Source: Antedon mediterranea
Taxonomy: Eukaryota; Animalia; Echinodermata
Assembly (NCBI RefSeq): GCF_964355755.1
Contig: NC_092679.1
Coordinates: forward strand, 19,265,432-19,329,431
DNA length: 64,000 nt
Direction of reading: 5' to 3'
The position numbers were made by a program, and so were the translations under genes. Position 1 is the stretch's first letter, and every line of letters starts with the position of its first letter. Under the pieces are notes generated by a model. It made no database searches. It saw only the letters and a list, made by a program, of their open reading frames with translations, and was not told the DNA's origin. Below, in pieces: positions 59,409 through 64,000 of the stretch.

Positions 59409-61619
59409 CTGTCAAAACAGAACAAAATATAAGGTTTAAATACATCTTGATTGAATAAAACATAATAAATACATTTCAAATTGAAAACTATAAAATAAAT
59501 AAGAAGCAAATTAAATATTTCACAAGCAATTATAAGAATGGCTTTTATTTCATACTATCATGGCAATAAAATTGAATTGTGGGTAAAATAGTATTATATT
59601 ATATAGTAACAAATAAAAAAAAAATTGTATAATGTGGTTTCATCATTATGTATTAATAATTATTGATACTAATAGGCAGGGTGGGATTGTCATTAAAATG
59701 AAAAGTAAAAGTAACTGAACATGCATTAGAACTCGTCAATACATTTCTAATATAATACTAACGAAAGCCTTGGCCAAGGGTCAGAAAATATTAAATAAGT
59801 GAGGATTATATTGAAATTATGGGATCACCCAATACAAGTACCACAAGATAAAATATGCAATTCATATTTAACTGAAGAAGTCACTATAAAGCTCTGTCTA
59901 CACTATCAAACTTTATGTGACAAACAAAATGTGATGTGCCTAGGGACATGATAATGTCATATCACTACCATATTTGGGCATATCTCTACCATATTTGGGC
60001 ACATCACAGTAGTTTGATAGTGTAGACAGAGCTTTACATTCAATCAAATAATTTATGTATTGTAGGATGAGAAACGTCATTGAAATAAAAAGTTAAAGCA
60101 AATTAACACATGTCTGATCTCATTTATATGGAAATGTAAACATTCATGCATTCTATACACTATCTACTTATAAATTCACTTTCTGGTTGTTTCTTTTTTT
60201 AACGTTGACTTTTTAAATACCATATTTGCTTAAATTGTCTGTGTATCAATCTATTGTTATCCACAGTATTGATTTTAGTCATTTGGTTTGGAAAATACAA
60301 AATGTCTAATATTATTTCTATGGTTATGGTTTCATTTGATATTAAAATGAAAGAAATTTGTTGAAAAAATCTGTTATGTTTAAATTAATACAAATTGGTT
60401 CTTTCCATATACAGTAGTACAGTATGTGTTAGATAAAATAGGGCTTCGTAGTACAAGAAATCTGTATCTTAAGTCTGAAGTAATGTTTGGTGGGCAGGGG
60501 TAGGGTGTTGGGAAGTCTGCATTTTCAGAACCATAGAAAAAGCTTGATCAACCAAACACATCTAGTATTCAACTAATCATGTGTAAATTTTATCTTCTTT
60601 TAGGGCAGGGGTGGGGTGTTGAGAAGTCTGCATTTCCAGAACCATAGAAAAAGCTTGATCAACTAAACACATCTAGTATATATTCAACTATTTGTGTAAA
60701 TTTTATCTTCTTTTAGGGCAGGGGTGGGGTGTTGGGAAGTCTGCATTTCCAGAACCATAGAAAAAGCTTGATTAACCAAACACATCTAGTATTCAACTAA
60801 TCATGTGTAAATTTTATCTTCTTTTAGGGCAGGGTGGGGTGTTGAGAAGTCTGCATTTCCAGAACCATAGAAAAAGCTTGATCAACCAAACACATCTAGT
60901 ATATATTCAACTATTTGTGTAAATTTTATCTTCTTTTAGGGCAGGGGTGGGGTGTTGAGAAGTCTGCATTTCCAGAACCATAGAAAAAGCTTGATCAACC
61001 AAACACATCTAGTATATATTCAACTATTTGTGTAAATTTTATCTTCTTTTAGGGCAGGGGTGGGGTGTTGGGAAGTCTGCATTTTCAGAACCATAGAAAA
61101 AGCTTGATCAACCAAACACATCTAGTATTCAACTAATCATGTGTAAATTTTATCTTCTTTTAGGGCAGGGGTGGGGTGTTGAGAAGTCTGCATTTCCAGA
61201 ACCATAGAAAAAGCTTGATCAACAAAGCACATCTAGTATATATTCAACTAATCATGTGTAAATTTTATCTTCTTTTAGGGCAGGGGTGGGGTGTTGGGAA
61301 GTCTGCATTTCCAGAACCATAGAAAAAGCTTGATCAACAAAGCACATCTAGTATATATTCAACTAATCATGTGTCAATTTTATCTTCTTTTAGTTTTATT
61401 GTTCATGTTCTGAAAGTTTCATTTTAAACTCATTGCATACAGGAAACTAGGAAAACCTTGTAAGATTGTAAGTAGTACCATTATTAATACTTACTCTGCA
61501 GATGCTGTGTTTGTATTAAACGCTCGGCAAAGATCATCGTCACTATCATATCGTCGTGGGTTGTCAAAGAAATAAGCTTTAGAGGGTGTTCTATTCACAC
61601 TCTTAACTTCTGGTGCAGT
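59225..61619 (-). CDS. GPR137: GPR137-family (TM7SF1-like) lysosomal membrane protein, last two coding exons (61619-61495, 59408-59225)
   Basis: Penultimate exon encodes YFFDNPRRYDSDDDL, which I recognise as the GPR137B/C tail motif. Last exon has YGT..SY..T.PLLF as in GPR137C. Phase-2 junction fits. Confidence 0.85.
59890..60033. mobile_element. MITE family A
   Basis: TIRs plus core. Confidence 0.87.
60490..61393. repeat. ~112-bp tandem repeat, 8 copies, G-tract rich
   Basis: GGGCAGGGGTGGGGTGTTG(G/A)GAAGTCTGC...TTTTATCTTCTTTTA. Confidence 0.95.
61495..61619 (-). CDS. GPR137: GPR137 penultimate exon
   Basis: TAPEVKSVNRTPSKAYFFDNPRRYDSDDDLCRAF; T-rich CAG acceptor, GTAAGT donor. Confidence 0.87.
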
Positions 61620-62524
61620 CTGAAAAAAAAAATTACAGAAATAATTTTGTCTTCCACATTTTTTAGAAATTAGATGATGATTCTAAATAAAGATTGTAAT
61701 CATGGCTTTCCTCTCGTTATTTGAAGTTAGTTTTATACTACTTTATTTTAGAATTGGCAAAATATATCATGACTCAAATTTCAGTTTTACCTTAAAAAAG
61801 AACATACATATTTCAGTAACCATTTTCTAAATGACAACAGTTCCAAATTTTATAAAGGTACTAAAAAGGTACCAAATATTACGGCAAACAAATTTAACAG
61901 TATCTTATGGACATACAGACGTACAGTAATCTAAGTGGTGGATCCAGGATTTTGCTAACATTAATTAACAGTCTTTCAAAAGTAGATCAAGAAGTAGTTT
62001 ATAATTTAATTTAGCTGTCAAATGACATTACTATAAGGCAGCTATTGCGTACCATACACAAAGTGTATCACTAAAAAATATAATACAACTTTCTGGATGA
62101 TATCTTCTCCAATTTTTCAAAAAAATTCTTGAAGATCATAAACTTAAAGAGCATACATAATTTTTAATGAAATCAAGATTTGCATACTGCAAACTTGAAA
62201 CCGATAATTTGAAACATGAATGTGTCTCCTTAATGGAGGTGCCTCAAAGAAGAGGGTCTAGTTTGTAATACTAATACATTTTAAAATGTTATTTTTGTGG
62301 CAAAATGTTTTCTAACATACTGTAACATACACTAGACTACTTCAAATGATGTATATTATATTCCAATAGTCCTATTCATACATCATAACTTTTTATAATA
62401 TTAATATTGAATTTGGCATTGACACTTAATTTTCCATCCTTTGATGCCTTTTGAAGGTCACAGATGGCTGCACTTTAAATAATATATCATAAAAGACTTG
62501 TTCATATAGCATATCTAATATAAA

Positions 62525-63604
62525 GGGTGTCACGAAAGCTCAGACCACGAAAGCTCAGACCCCCTAAGACCTAAGATCACGAAAGCTAAGACCCAACACC
62601 TAAGATTACAAATATTTATTTTTCGCACCTGCCTTGTATTTTAACTCCTAACATTTATTCTGAATACCACACCTTAGAATTGGCACTTTCATGAAAAAGA
62701 ATCACATAAAAAGTAACAAATACATTTTTAAATTGATGATTTTACAGACGTTTTTCTCGCACACAAAATGACTAGCCTACAGTACAGTAGGCCTACCCCA
62801 TGGGCCATGTTCAATGTTTTTGTTTCTATGGAACGTCAAAAGAGCAAAAATTATATAGAGGGCTGAAAACTCTGTGGAGTCCATCTACAGTGTGGATGGA
62901 ACAATGTAAAATTAAAATTGTAATGATAATAGTATAATCATGCAAGTACGAAGAAATAAATACTGGCAAATAAATTTTAATTTAAAAATCATGATAAGTT
63001 TTTTTGTTTCGTGTTCTTTCTGTTTTTATACTTGTACTATTATTGTTGCTCTTTTGGCGCTCCATAGAAACAAAAACATTGAGCATGGGGAGCTCGAGGA
63101 GTTACATTACAGTATACAAAGAAACACATCTGTAAAATCATCAATTTAAAGGATTTATTTATTTGTTATTATGTGTTTCTCCTTCTGAAAGTACTTATAA
63201 GTCGTAATTTTAATGTGTGGTGTTCAGGATAAAGTTAGTCAACAAATTTGGAGTCAAAATACAAGAAAGGCAGGTGCGTAAGAAAAACATCCTCTGAACC
63301 AACACAATGGAGTAAATATATACCAACAAACAACCCGTCAAGTTTGTTTGTTGTAAAGAAAAAATATACATTTACTCAACGGGCGAAAATAATGTGAGTT
63401 TATCTATGTTTTGCGGTAGTATTAAATTATATTTATGGTAATAAATGAAACCTACTGTGTTTAAAACTATGTATGGATAAACAAGTATTGTTTTTAAGCT
63501 GTAGTATATCTTAGTATTTGTAATCTTAGGTGTTGGGTCTTAGCTTTCGTGATCTTAGGTCTTAGGGGGTCTGAGCTTTCGTGGTCTGAGCTTTCGTGAC
63601 ACCC
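62525..63604. mobile_element. Non-autonomous DNA transposon (MULE-like), ~90-bp TIRs, 9-10-bp TSD
   Basis: CTAATATAAA|GGGTGTCACGAAAGCTCAGACC...GGTCTGAGCTTTCGTGACACCC|CTAATATAAA. Confidence 0.88.
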
Positions 63605-64000
63605 CTAATATAAATTATAGAATACATTTACAATACAGTACAACAACCCCTTCTTTGGGACACTCCTAATTGAAAGAACACTCCTATTCAAAGGACACTC
63701 CTATTAAGAGGACAGTTGGGTTTGTGTCCCTAAGGTGTCCCCTTAATAGAATGATGTTCAAACTATACTTTTAATACACTTTACATCATAAAACCCATCC
63801 ATTGAGACACCCTTATTAAAGGGACACCTTATTAAGAGGACAGTTTGTTTTGTGTCCCCGAAGTGTCCCTTTAATAGATGTTCTAACTATACTTTTAATA
63901 CACTTTACATCATAAAACCCATCCATTGAGACACCCTTATTAAAGAGACACCTTAGACACCTTAAGAGGACAGTTTGTTTTGTGTCCCAAAATGTCCCCT

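Overview
AT-rich eukaryotic (metazoan, probably invertebrate deuterostome) genomic DNA; nothing prokaryotic and no CRISPR array. Three intron-rich genes can be reconstructed from GT-AG junctions and reading-frame continuity. (1) A formin of the FMN/Cappuccino subfamily on the minus strand: 12 coding exons, 26100 down to 5613, with a long low-complexity N-terminal exon, a DEP-like segment, a coiled coil, FH1 and most of FH2; the 3' end lies beyond the left edge. (2) RAB3GAP2 on the plus strand: 28 exons, 39812-53743, about 1457 aa, head-to-head with the formin. (3) The last two exons of a GPR137-family gene on the minus strand, tail-to-tail with RAB3GAP2. Introns carry about 18 copies of one Harbinger-like MITE with an expandable internal 21-bp repeat, several other MITEs and foldback elements, a MULE-like element with a 9-10 bp TSD, tRNA-derived SINEs, a 5'-truncated LINE, a transposase-type HTH ORF with ALDLS/ALDLR motifs, and several minisatellites. 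The best leads are a possible internal-promoter short formin isoform, the HTH ORF with CtBP-type motifs, a 47-bp minisatellite made of Pol III A-boxes, and duplicated splice junctions. Gene and repeat-family identities rest on recalled motifs, not database searches, and coordinates were counted by hand.
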